64,000 bases of DNA from the NCBI RefSeq assembly GCF_004010195.1, contig NC_057718.1, positions 93,740,179 to 93,804,178 on the forward strand. Reading direction: 5' to 3'. Source of the DNA: Chiloscyllium plagiosum (taxonomy: Eukaryota). A model generated the notes under the pieces. That model worked only from the letters and a program-made list of their open reading frames with translations. It made no database searches and had not been told where the DNA came from. Position 1 is the first letter of the stretch; each line of letters opens with the position of its first letter. The position numbers were made by a program, and so were the translations under genes. Positions 49,898 to 61,400 of the stretch are shown in pieces.

Positions 49898-50519
49898 CTC
49901 TCATTGTGAGCAAGCAAGAGGATTGAACCAAAGACAACCAGTTCAGTGCATCTCACCTGGTCACAGTAACTTGCATCTCAAAAACACAGGATCTGTTTTG
50001 TACAAGCATCAATCAGCTTCCCCAAGAAATAATTTTCTCATTTCATGCAAACCTTCCCCAAAGAAAATTCTGCTTTCTGACAAAACAGCTAAGGGATTAC
50101 GCATTGAAAATAAAGCCGCTTGTGGTTAATAATCAGATTGAATATGTAAGAATGAATGATTAGGTGGGAGATTGTATAACTGTATTACTGACATATTGTG
50201 CCTGTACGGGAAATGCTGACTGTCAACACACATTCAGTTTATCTCCACATGTAAGTAAATGATTAAATGAATTTTTATTAAGTATCATATATTTTGATTT
50301 GAAAGATATCAATCATGAAATACAGCAGATGCCAGCAATCTGAAGTGAAAGAAGAAATTGCTGAAAGCAAGTCAGAGTTTTATTCAGCAACTAGACAGAA
50401 AGAAAAGTCGACATTTCAAGATTTGTCTTTCTTTGGAACTTCTCATCCAATTGCTTGATGAATCCACCTAAACTGGAAAGGTGAGGAAGTAAGGCTTCCA
50501 TTTTTATTCCCTTCTCAGG

Positions 50520-50697
50520 GGATATCTGCAAATGGCTGGATGATGTCAATGCACTGGTCACTGGCAGAATTCAACCCGGGAAAGTGTTAGGTAATGCACT
50601 TGAGAAGATCCAACAAGGCAAGGGATTACAGTGTGGGCCCTGGAAGTACTGGGGATCAGAAGGACCTTGATGTGAACATCCGCAGATCCCTGAGGGC
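50520..50697 (+). mobile_element. CR1 ORF2 fragment, left half of the CR1 interrupted by R2
   Basis: FNPGKC*VMHLRRSN..DQKDLDVNIRRSLR; aligns by eye with 33450-33497. Confidence 0.82.
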
Positions 50698-50719
50698 AGT
50701 AACTATGACTCTCGCTAGG
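50698..50719 (+). other. 28S rRNA-derived leader at the R2 5' end
   Basis: AGTAACTATGACTCTCGCTAGG vs 28S AGTAACTATGACTCTCTTAAGG (the 22 nt upstream of the R2 site): 16 contiguous identities, 19/22 overall. Confidence 0.85.
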
Positions 50720-51019
50720 TCGCATCTCCCATGGGAGCCTGGCTTGGCTGGTTGCTCTACTGCTAATTTTTACAGGTATTTGACTATCACCTCGATGGTC
50801 TAGCCTCCTCATTGGAAATAATTTGCTGACTCGTCAAATTGACCATTTGAGAACAAACATGAAACCGCTATTGATCTGTGAGGATCACAATACACGATAG
50901 CCTCAGGTATCACCACAAAAAGAGTTGTGGATGATGGGTTGGGCTGCATTACCAAGAACAAACACCCTTGTACATGGCAGCAATCAGCGAGAAATGCCAA
51001 TACCACCTGGAGTCCGGTG

Positions 51020-51335
51020 AGAATCCCTACAGTGCTGTATCAGGCCATTCAGCCCATCCTGTCCCTCCAAAGAGCATCCCACCAAGATCCACCCAGCCTT
51101 GTAACCATGCATTTCTAATGGCTAATGTATCTAGCCTGCACACTATGGGCAATTTTGCCTGGCCAATCCACATAGCATTGGACTGTAGGAGGAAACTGGA
51201 GCACTCAGAGGACACCCATGCAGACATGGGAAGAATATGCAAACTCCACACAGCCAGTCACCCGAGGCTGGAATCCAACCCATGTCCCTGGCACTAAGTG
51301 GCAACAGTGCTAATCACTGAACCACCATGCTGCCC
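51020..51335 (-). mobile_element. HE1-like SINE nested in R2
   Basis: Reverse-complement copy. Confidence 0.87.
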
Positions 51336-52239
51336 TGTTTGCAGCATCCATGGTGTTTTTTTTATTTACACCTTTGATATTTGAGTTTCACACCAACCAG
51401 TTCAGAGATGTTACTGCCCACCTCTGGAGCTGCTTGGATTTGAGCCTGGGTGTCCTGGCTCAGAGATATGGACACCACCAGTGCACTGATGGTGACTTGG
51501 TTTCCCTTGCTCCTATGTCAATTTTGTGCTGTGACTGTAGACTAATGAGCAGTTAGATATCCCAAAAGAATTTGACATAAACAAGATATCGCCCCATCAA
51601 ACTCAGACAATAAGCTCCCCATAAACAGATGGAGGAGATGGGATGGAGACTCCAAAGATGGCTTTCTGTCTCCTCAAACCCATCTGGTTCTGTATCTGTA
51701 TGGGGACAAGATTCCAGGAGCCAGGATCAGAAGACCCAACTTACCAGTAGGTGTGGACTTTAACGTTATGGAAGGGAATGTTGAGGGAGTCCCAACCAAA
51801 AGCACGTGAGTCTACATTACAGACGCCAAACTTCTATAACAGCTTATAAAAGTGAGGGCGCAGGTAATTCAGAGAATAGCATGTTGTGAGCAGGCCATTA
51901 TGCCAAGTGTGATGGCAGATACTGAACTGAACAGCTCAGAGCTTACAGGTGCCCTGCGTGGAAACTCAAGCTTACATCCAAGATTAGCCTCAGCAAACAC
52001 TGTAAGCACCCGGAATTGAGAAGCTAAAGCGCTTAGACAGAGACAAGATTGATTCTAAATGTGAAAGAAGACACCAGCTGTGGGCTGAGCAAGAAATACA
52101 ACTATTCCTTCAATCACAACAAAGTTTTGCGGAGTGTAAATTTATTAGTAGGGCGATTAAGGGTATCCTCAAGAGTCAAACACTGAAGGAAATCTCAGAT
52201 AAGTGCAGTGCATTGCAGAAATCCCACATGGCAACCTGT

Positions 52240-52506
52240 CCAGCTTTGGGCAACTGGCTGTGTGGAGTTTGCACATTCTCTCCGTGTCTGTGTGGGTTTC
52301 TTCTAAGTGCTCCGGTTTCCCCCCACAATCCAAAGATGTGCAGGTTGGGTGAATTGGCCATGCTAAATTGCCCATAGTATTAGGTGCATTAGTTAGGGGT
52401 AAATATAGGGTAGGGGAATGAGTTTGGGTACGCTACTCTTCGGAGGGTCGGTGTGGACTTGTCGGGCTGAAGGGCCTGTTTCCATACTGCAGGGAATCTA
52501 ATCTAA
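52240..52506 (+). mobile_element. HE1-like SINE (head missing) nested in R2
   Basis: Core and tail. Confidence 0.87.
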
Positions 52507-52575
52507 ATGGATGGTTTGGCCCAGGAAAGGGGTGGGGGGGCTCTCTAATTCACATGAGGGTTATTCAATCACTAG

Positions 52576-52694
52576 GCAAAAGTGAGGACTACAGATGCTG
52601 GAAACCAGAGTTTAGATCAGAGTGGTGTTGGAAAAGCACAGCAGGTCAGACAGCATCCGAGGAGCAGGAAAATCGGCGTTTCGGGCAAAAGCCC
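52576..52694 (-). mobile_element. Short family-1 PLE element nested in R2, 14-bp TSD
   Basis: TATTCAATCACTAG at 52562-52575 and 52695-52708. Confidence 0.85.
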
Positions 52695-52909
52695 TATTCA
52701 ATCACTAGCAAGTTTCTCCAATCAACAGGACATTAATGAACAACTTACTCAGGCTTAGGAATGACTGGGTCAAAGAAATACTCCAAGGTCAGAGCGCAGG
52801 GACTGAAATTCATTGAGTGCATCGCTAACCTTTTGAATTCTGGCTATGACTCAAATAGACTGGATCTTAGATTGACAAATTAGTAATGAAAGAGGCCCAG
52901 GAATGCTAG

Positions 52910-53260
52910 GAGGAGTTGATGGCCTTGTGGTATTGTCCCTGAACTGTAAATCCAGAGGTCAAGGCAATGTTCTGGGGCCTGGATTCAAATCCTGCCACAG
53001 CAGATGGTGGAGTTTGAATTCAATAAAAATCTGGATGATGACCACAAAACCATCATCGACTATTGGGAAAATCGCATCTGGGGTTCACTAATGCCCTTTA
53101 GGGAAGGAAACTGCCATCCTTACCTGATCTGGCCTACATGTGACTCCAGACCCACAGCCGTGTGGTTGACTCTTAACTGTCCCCTGGGCAATTAGGGATA
53201 GGCAATAAATGCTTGGCCTAGACAGCAACACTCTCATCCTGTTAATGAATTAAAAAAAAG
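52910..53260 (+). mobile_element. tRNA-derived SINE (SacSINE1/Deu-SINE-like) nested in R2
   Basis: B-box-like GGATTCAAATCC; GGGAAGGAAACTGCCATCCTTACC..GGCCTACATGTGACTCCAGACCCACAGC; A-rich end; family name is from recall. Confidence 0.75.
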
Positions 53261-54282
53261 GTAAAAGCCAGAGGACAGTGGGCGAAGAAAAGACAATAAT
53301 TCAGAGAAACTCAAATATCCTATAAAAAGGATAGGCATCAGTTAGCCCACCAAATCACTGGGGGCTCTGGCTATTTCTCGATGTCCTCTTTCAGAAGAGA
53401 AGCTTGAAATAAATTTCCACAAAAATGGTCAGTGCCAACCGAAAAGGCACTGGCTTTTCAAAATGTTCAGGAAGGAGGAAGGAAGGTTAATTAACGTGCT
53501 CCATAGATGGAGGAGAAGTCAGTAACACCATCTTAGACACGAAAAATCCACCAGGCCCAGATGGGAAGATATCCCAGTCATACCTTCGGAGGGTACTACA
53601 TGCCTATGTTGTATCTATTCGTTATGGTTATGATCATCTGCGAAACCTGGACACTCTCAAAAAGACTGAGAGTCTTAATTCCCAAACCTGAAGGTCAGGA
53701 AAACTGTAACAAAATATTTACAATGTGGGGCCCATTACTGTCAGCCCAATTCTGCTTGGTAAAGTCACTAAGATCGTGGCAAAGAGGTTTAGTTCTGTTA
53801 TTCAGAGAAATCCTCAGCAGAAAGAGTGTCTTGCAGAGACCCTGGGTTGCAGTGAAAACATCACAATCCTAAATTACATCATTCAGGATGCAAATGGGAA
53901 CAAGAAGGACCTTGCAATTGTTTTTATTGATCTGGCTGAGGCATTTGACACAAATGGTCATAAACTTGTAATGAGGGCTCTTGAGTGAGTAGTCTGCCCA
54001 AATCATTCATACAGTTGATTAATTGCCTTTATATGGATAATTCAACGATCATTGAGGGCAATCACTCAAAAACAAATCCAATTAAGATTCAGAAAAGAGT
54101 TGAACAGGGGACTGTGTCCCATATGCTAATCAGCTTAGCGTTGGATCCATTAATAAGTACTCGGGCAGAAGGTAGATCAGGAGGGACACTACCCCCTGGA
54201 GGATGGAAGAATGAATTACTTTGCTTTAGCTTTCACAAATAACATAGTACTGATGAGTGACTCTTATGGTGGGATGTGATGA

Positions 54283-54637
54283 GGGTGACGATGGCCTAGT
54301 GATATTACCACTGGACTGTTAATCCAGACACCCAGATAATGTCCTGGGGACCTAGCTTCAATTCCCATCATGGAAGATAGTCGTATTTAAATTCAACAAA
54401 AATCTGGAATTAAGAGTCTAATGATGACCATGAATCCATTGTTAGCAAAAAAACCCATCTGGTTCACCATTGTCCTTTTGGGAACAAAATCCGTCATCCT
54501 TATTTGGTCTGGCCTACATGTGACTCCAGATCCACAGCAGTGTTGTTGACTCTCAACTGCCCACTGGACAATTAGGGATGGGCAATAAATGCTGGATGAG
54601 CCAGGAATGCCGTCATCCTGTGAATGAATTAAATAAA
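54283..54637 (+). mobile_element. Second copy of the same SINE, nested in the R2 RT domain
   Basis: Colinear with 52910-53260. Confidence 0.75.
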
Positions 54638-56468
54638 GGAAGAACCTTCAAATTATTCAGTCCTTCTGTGAGAATATGGGGTTAGCTATTCAATCGCCTA
54701 AACCAAAGAGTTTCACGTCATGTACAAAGACCTTTCTGTATGATTTTGAAGAAGGTTGGAAGATTTGAGTGGTGGAAAGATTCAATTTATATTCCCCCCT
54801 TCCCCATCCCCCCACCCCAAAACCATCAAAGGAGACCTTGAGAAATATTCTGGAGCACATATTGACTTGTGGATTGAAGGGGGTGTGTGGGGGTGAGGGG
54901 GTGTCACAGAAACTGAGTGGGTCAGGAAGGTAGAGATCCTGGTTAGCCAATCTGAATATGGCTGCCATCTGCCCTAACCTCAGGTCACTTGTCACCCCCA
55001 GACTACACTATAATCTTATTTTAACAAAACAGTTTCCATAAATTTGATTTAATCGTAAGAAAAGCCACCAAACCGCACCTCCACCTACTGCTGCATGCAA
55101 CAGATGGCATTTCATGTGCCTGAAACAATGTTGGAAATCTTGTGTTATCGAAACTCGAAGTGCAGATCACGATTGCTCTCATAAGGAAGAGGGAATCCTT
55201 GCAAGACTCTAGGGATCTGCCTCTTTTCAATTCTCAAAGATTAACAATTTAGACTCTGTTAGGAAATTGACTCAACTTAAGGTCTTGAAAGAGGTAGAGC
55301 ATTTTACTGTTGAACTGAAAACAAGTCCTTCAATGGTGAGTGTCAACCTACAGAAACTATCGGGACAGATTATAACAGAATCCGATCCAACCCTGTTGAT
55401 GGTGGTGGATGGAGTGATTAGGAGTTGGCTAAATGGGTTAAATTATCAAGCCACGGAGTTGGGATCAGCTATTTTAAGATTGACATGACCTTCAGCTCTT
55501 GGATGCAATTAGTATGTAATATAAAATCACCATGGATTATTGCTTCACGGTAACCTATATTCGAACAAGACAACTTTAGCTAGATATAGGCCTCCAGCCC
55601 AGAAAGAGCGTAGGAGATGTGAGTCCCCACTGGAAACTATATCACATATGTCAGGTTCTTGCACATTCATGAAAAAGTCTAAGAATTAAGAGGTACAGCA
55701 TTGCTAAAATATAAGAATATGTAGGGGAATACAGTTGGGTAATCTAAATCAATCTCTGCCTGAAGGATAAAGAAGACCACCTTTGGAAACCAGACTTGTT
55801 CTTCAACAAGATAGTCGTGGTCAACGTGACCGTAGGGTTTGAAGATGGCAATAAATCTCTGGAGAAGGCACGATTGGAAAAGGTTTTGAAATAGAGGCAT
55901 TTCGATTGGCAGGGCTGACAGCTGGAATAGAAAACCATTCTGTACTTTGGATTTGTGACGGGAGTGAGAGGCAAGGGGGAAAGAATAAAACAACAGCTCA
56001 ATGAACTTCCCGGGGATCCAGTGGTACAACTCATTTTGCACAGTAGCATGACATAGCCCTGATGTTGGAGATTTGCATATCTTAACTGACAGGTGAGAGT
56101 TTAATTAATTGCAGGGCGTTGTATAGATTAGATAGGTTATGTTAGCGATATGGGTGAGGTGTAAGGGCACTATAGGTATATTTCAACTATGGGTAATGGG
56201 AGGGGAAAACAACATGGGATATGGTATTAGTTATCTGTACATAATAAGTATTAACTGTGGAGGGAGCAACAGATGATTTTTTTTCAGTATTCAAACCAAA
56301 ACAGTAATAGCCTCAGTTTCTGACCAGTGGGTGTTTCCTGTATGATTAGTTCAGTAGTCCCTCTGCCACTGATATGTCAATAATCCCATCATTTTCCACT
56401 AGAAATTCTTACATGTTGACACGTGGCAAACAAACTTGGACAAGACACTCACCTGAGTGTCCTCCAAA

Positions 56469-57180
56469 TAGCAGGGAGGATAAAGGGAAGATGGTTAAGA
56501 AGGAATAAGAGACACTGCCTTTCTTAGCAAAAGCAATGAAAACAAGAGCAGAGGGAATTTTGTGGAACAATGCAATAGTCCCAACCTGGGCAAGAAGTTC
56601 CAGGTTCCAATCCTAACTGTTCCATGGATGTGTCGTCAACAGGTTGGTTAAAAGTATCTCCAAGAGTGGAGAAGTTATTCTGGAACTGTATTAAACATTG
56701 GTTCGGTTACAACTGCAGTTCTGGTCCCCATATTATAAGGAGGATGTGATTACACCGGAGAGGGTGCATAGAAGATTTACCAGTAATGCTGCCTGGACTG
56801 GAAGGTCCAAGCTATGAGCAAAGATTGTTTTCCATGGAGCAGCAAAGGTTGAGAGGGGACCTCATAGAGGTGTGGAAGATAATGAGAGGCATAGAAAGAA
56901 TGGATAGGAAGACACTTCTTCTATTAGCAGATGGATCAAAATCCTCAGAAAATGTTGCGGAGGAGATTTTTTTTTCCACTCAGATGGAACTGACTACCTG
57001 CAAAAGTAATTGGATTAGAAATTCGCATAACCTCTCAGCAGCATTTAGATATTCACTAACTGCTATAACTTCCAGGGCTCTGGGACAAAAGCTGGAAATT
57101 GAGGTTAGTGTCGACAAAGCTTTGTTGACCAGCATAGATCTGATGAACCAAATAGCCTTCTCTGCACTACAAGTGACTAA
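56469..57180 (+). mobile_element. CR1 right half, resuming after R2
   Basis: TAGCAGG..ATGGTTAAGAAGG..CTGCCTTTCTTAGC (compare 33500-33560), then QFWSPYYKEDVI.. and MLPGLEG..RLRGDLIEVWKIMRG. Confidence 0.82.
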
Positions 57181-57779
57181 AAGTTTACAAAGCTCTGTTT
57201 TGAGAACTGGACCTCAAAATATTGTGTTTTCAATGTCCTTCTATAAACATTAAGGTACAGCAATGAAAGCACTCCTTACAGGGTTAAAGAGTATAATGCA
57301 TAGCTAAAACCTTTCTAACAGGCTTAAAATAGCATTGATAATCAAGAAATAGTGTTGGCTTAACTATCTAATTGTTAAATTATTAACTATATAACTGTTG
57401 AAGAAAACAGCATTTTAAGTAATAAGAAGTGATTCTCTCACCATAGAAGCTTACCTGTGTGCATCTTTCAGTTTATTCTGCCATTTTGTTTCCTTCAATT
57501 CAGCACCACAATTTTTTAATCACATCATCATACCTTCTTTGGTGTTAATACCCCTAATGGCTGAAACCTGCTATCGCAGGCCTTTATCTCTTAAAGACAT
57601 GGAATTATACTCAGTAAGTCTTCTTTAAGAAACCACAACCCTGAAAAGTGAAGGTATGGTAGATGCAAAACAAGGAACAATGAAAGGACAGAACAGCAAA
57701 CAAAGTGAGTGTAAGCAACAAACAAGCCCTGCACTCAATATAAAGGGCACAGACCTGTAATAAGAAATTTCAAGCAAGT

Positions 57780-58460
57780 ATTTGCCTTTGGATTGGGTGG
57801 CAAGTGACATCTTTCCTCAACTTCAGCTATTTAAGCAAGATATGGTGTGTTAATTTGCAGAACAAACCATAAATGATTCCAAGAGGCAATCTCTTAAAGT
57901 ATTACTTGCTGTCAGCAAAAGGAAGCTTTGCAGATTAAACACATTCAGTTTTTTGAAGACAATAAAGCAGATCCAGAGAAGATCTGGACAGTACCTGTGG
58001 ACTAGCTCAAAGTACAAATCAACTTCTGGATTAAAAGACACCACCTCATGTCGTACAAAAAAAATCTCAAAAGTCTATTGATATCTATCACCACATCCTA
58101 CAGCAGAGGACATGAGTGTGATTTCTCTGAAGAAGAATCTGCAGACAGACTAATCTTGTTGGTAATAGCCTCTACTGCAGTAGAGAAAGCCTTCAGTAAA
58201 TATTTTCTGGGTGAGGAAAAGGGCCTCACTATTGATGCCTTGCTGCAAGATGGATGCTAGCATGAAGCCATTGTGACAGGCCAACAGCCATTGAGTACAT
58301 TGAGTGCAGACAGCACTTTTGCTAAAGTAAGCAAAGTGTGCTAAAGCAGCAAGATCTACATTTGGTTTGCCCCTGAAGACATCTGTCATTTCTTCACATC
58401 TGTGAAGCATGAGATGCTGAAGATATTGGGCACACATATGGAGAAAATCTGGTTTCAATT
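57780..58460 (+). mobile_element. Decayed Gypsy-like LTR retrotransposon gag relic
   Basis: LDWVASDIFPQLQLFKQ; ECDFSEEESADRLILLVIAST..FLGEEKGLTIDALLQDG; remnant zinc-knuckle-like segment near 58360-58450; no LTRs or pol recognised. Confidence 0.6.
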
Positions 58461-61400
58461 GCCAGGTGACCAGCAAGGTGATACCACACCACAACGTTGG
58501 TAGCATGGAAAACCATCTAAATACACACAAGCATATTTACAAAGTAAACAGCCAAATGACTTAAAAACAATCTTTCGATTATCAAGCCTTTCATAGTGTC
58601 AACTTCACATACCGTACTAATGGCAAAAGACACAGAGAACCTTTTATGACCAGCAACATTGCATGCCCACAAAAGGCAGGTTGACACACCCCAAAACCAC
58701 GAATAATACCCTTACGCATCCTCAAAAAACACATATCCCAGTAATGGTGTTCCAAGGTAAAACCTACAAAAGACTGTCCCACACACTACAAGGGATCATG
58801 AATTCTGTGCAGCTGCACAGTCACACTTCAGTGACAATGCGGAAATCTTCCACCTAGTGGATGCCAATAGTGGCAGGATGAGCTGTATGCACAGATCTTT
58901 ATGGGTTAACTATTCATAGACTCAAACTAGACCCACAATGGTGAGAATGAAAGAATCCCAGGACTTTGCTCTTCACCGACTGGGGAAGAATGAAACAGAT
59001 ACACTAGCTTAGCAGGTGGAGAACCACCACAACTACACACCAAGCAAACCGCATGAATCAGAAATCCAAGCATATATACCTGGGTACCAGCAAAGGTTTC
59101 TAGGTTATACAATTAGCTGAGGTCAAGTGACATTGTTGGCGATCATGGAGCCACATCGCACAGGAACAGAGCTCAGTCCTGACATATGTACAACAATCAT
59201 GCACAGAGTGGCAAAGAACACTCTGATGATGATGATTGTGTAATGATGCTGAGTGACAGCAAGACAAGCAATGTGGCACTCAAGAGTAAAACCTTTCTCT
59301 CTGGAATGGATAAACAATCGACAAATCAGGACAAGTTGTTAACCTCCAAAAGGTTAGAGCAAAGTTTTATTTATTAATCTTATTCTCTCTGTTTTCACAA
59401 GGCTGTATAATTGAGTTGACAGCAGGTACCTATTACTACAATGTCTAACCGTATGGGATTTTTTGGAAAAAGAGACATGTTGCCTTATGTCCTGCAACAG
59501 AAATGTGATGTACCTTTTAACACATGCTGATGAAATAGTACAAAGCTCCAGATGCCACTGGAATAGACAGACCTTGGAGACTGTCCAGCAGCAGGGAAAA
59601 TTAGAGGGAATGTAGTTCCAAAGACTGAAGGAAACTGGGATTTTCAACTTGGAAAAAAAAATCTGAAGGTGATCCCATAACAGGCATTAAACAACAATGA
59701 AGATATGGGAAACAGGTTCAAGCTGGTGGAAAGTACATTTGGAATGAAGTTAATTCTTCATGTAGAGATTATTCCACATGATGGAATAGACCTCCAGCTA
59801 GACTGATGGAGGCTGAACTGATCACTGATTTCTCACATCTTAACCCAATACTGCTGATGTTAGTTGCAGGTTCTGGCAGGGATGAGACCAACTAACTCTG
59901 CATGGACCACTAACCGAACCTGGTTTTCCTTATCAGTGTGGACCAGTATTAGTGCAGTTACTAAGCGAGTCATTAGTTGGAAATAAATTCTTGTCAAATC
60001 ATTATCTACTGACGAGGAGGATAGCTAAATGTTTGAGTATAACAAGCATTTACAAATTGGTGTGTCAATTGGATAGAGTCATTTTACTTTCTCATTTTTC
60101 TTTTCTGTGAAAACAACACTGCAATTGCAGCTTATTTTAAATCTTTTACCTGTTCTACCATTTGATGATTGTTATAGATGGTTGAGATTGAGTTAAGTAC
60201 AGCTTTTTGGGAAATATTGACCCCCTTGTTTTAAACTTCATGTCACTCTATTCTGATAATCCCCCACAGCAGAGAGCTTAAATGATATCCCTTTAGATTA
60301 CTATCTTTTGGAGGACTGCTATTTGTGAGGGAGTTGGGGAGTTTTATGAGTGCAATTAAAAATAGTTTTAAACTTTCATTTATCAAGTGTTCAAGTACTT
60401 TAGTTGGAACTTATTGGTTATTTGTTGCCTATAATGATTATAATGGTGCCAGATTTGATAAGTATCTCAATGTAAAGGATTTTTGTTAAAAGTAATGGTG
60501 GTGCTGTAGGGAGAAGGTCCGTTTTTTTTCCATTGGAGACCCATATAGCATCACCTATATTGTTGTGTGTAATGATTTCCTTTGTTTACGTATTGATTAC
60601 AAATTCACAGAATGCGTCATTGTTAAACAGTCACGTGTGTCAAACTGCCTGTCGTGAATTTCTTCATAAAACCCTTTTGTCTTTTCTCTCAACCTTAATG
60701 CTTCAATCCTTGTCAATGGATTTTGTCCAAGCTTTTTTCTAACTATTTGGTCTGGTGTCTAGTTTTCTTTCTCGTTGTCTCTCTTAGAGTTAAATTGGAA
60801 CATTTTTCTGTGTTGAGTCCTCTTTGTGGGTGTAAACTGTTGTATATAATCTGTGTTTTCATCACTTATTGTGTAAATCTAGTCAAATAATGGAGCAAGC
60901 GGGCCTGTTCCTATTGCCTATGTTTCTATACTTATGACGGAGGTCAGTCAGCTCACTTGGCCAAATAGCTTGTGACAGTCGATTTGTCTGTATTGCTGTT
61001 GTAATCTGACTGACATTCTTATCGCCACAACTGTTGTATTTGGTCTTAAAGTACTGGTAATCACAAAACAAAGTCCTGTCCATTAGCTAGATCACAATCT
61101 TTTGTGAAGACAGTCTATTCACAGGGCACAAGGCAAAGACTGCAGAACGTTCCCCGTCTCACTGTTACTGGTACTCACCTGCAGAAACCAGGTGAGGACA
61201 GGAACAGACTGGACTGTGGTGCTCCCCACAGCTTGCTAACACTCACAGTAAAATATCAGGCATAAGGAGTCATGGCCTCTTCCCTCAGATATTGAGGAGA
61301 TGGCAAATGATTCCCAACAAGTCCAGAAGAGGGAAGAAAAGCTAAGTGATGGGGTTTAGCCCCAGTGACCCGAGAGATGAATGGCTGGTTGGAGAATATA

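Larger units (their letters stand above)
50698..56468 (+). mobile_element. Decayed, apparently full-length R2-clade non-LTR retrotransposon (probably R2-A type, multiple N-terminal zinc fingers)
   Basis: Hand translation: KHVSLHY..AGHYAKC..YRCPAW..TSKISLSKH..HPELR (51800-52025, zinc fingers); LWAEQEIQLF..FIS..KSQTLKEISDK (52078-52205, Myb); PPGPDG, VLIPK, GPITVSPIL, NPQQK, GCSENI, LAIVFIDLAEAFD (53548-54280, RT); RRCESPLETISHMSGSC (CCHC), KPDL, VVNVTVGFE, SLEKARLEK, GVRGK (55600-55980, RLE). Domain order matches R2. Confidence 0.9.

Noticed and set aside
50698..50719. An rRNA gene or rDNA fragment
   Set aside because: Only 22 nt match 28S and the downstream 28S sequence (TAGCCAAATGCC) is absent; better explained as the R2 leader
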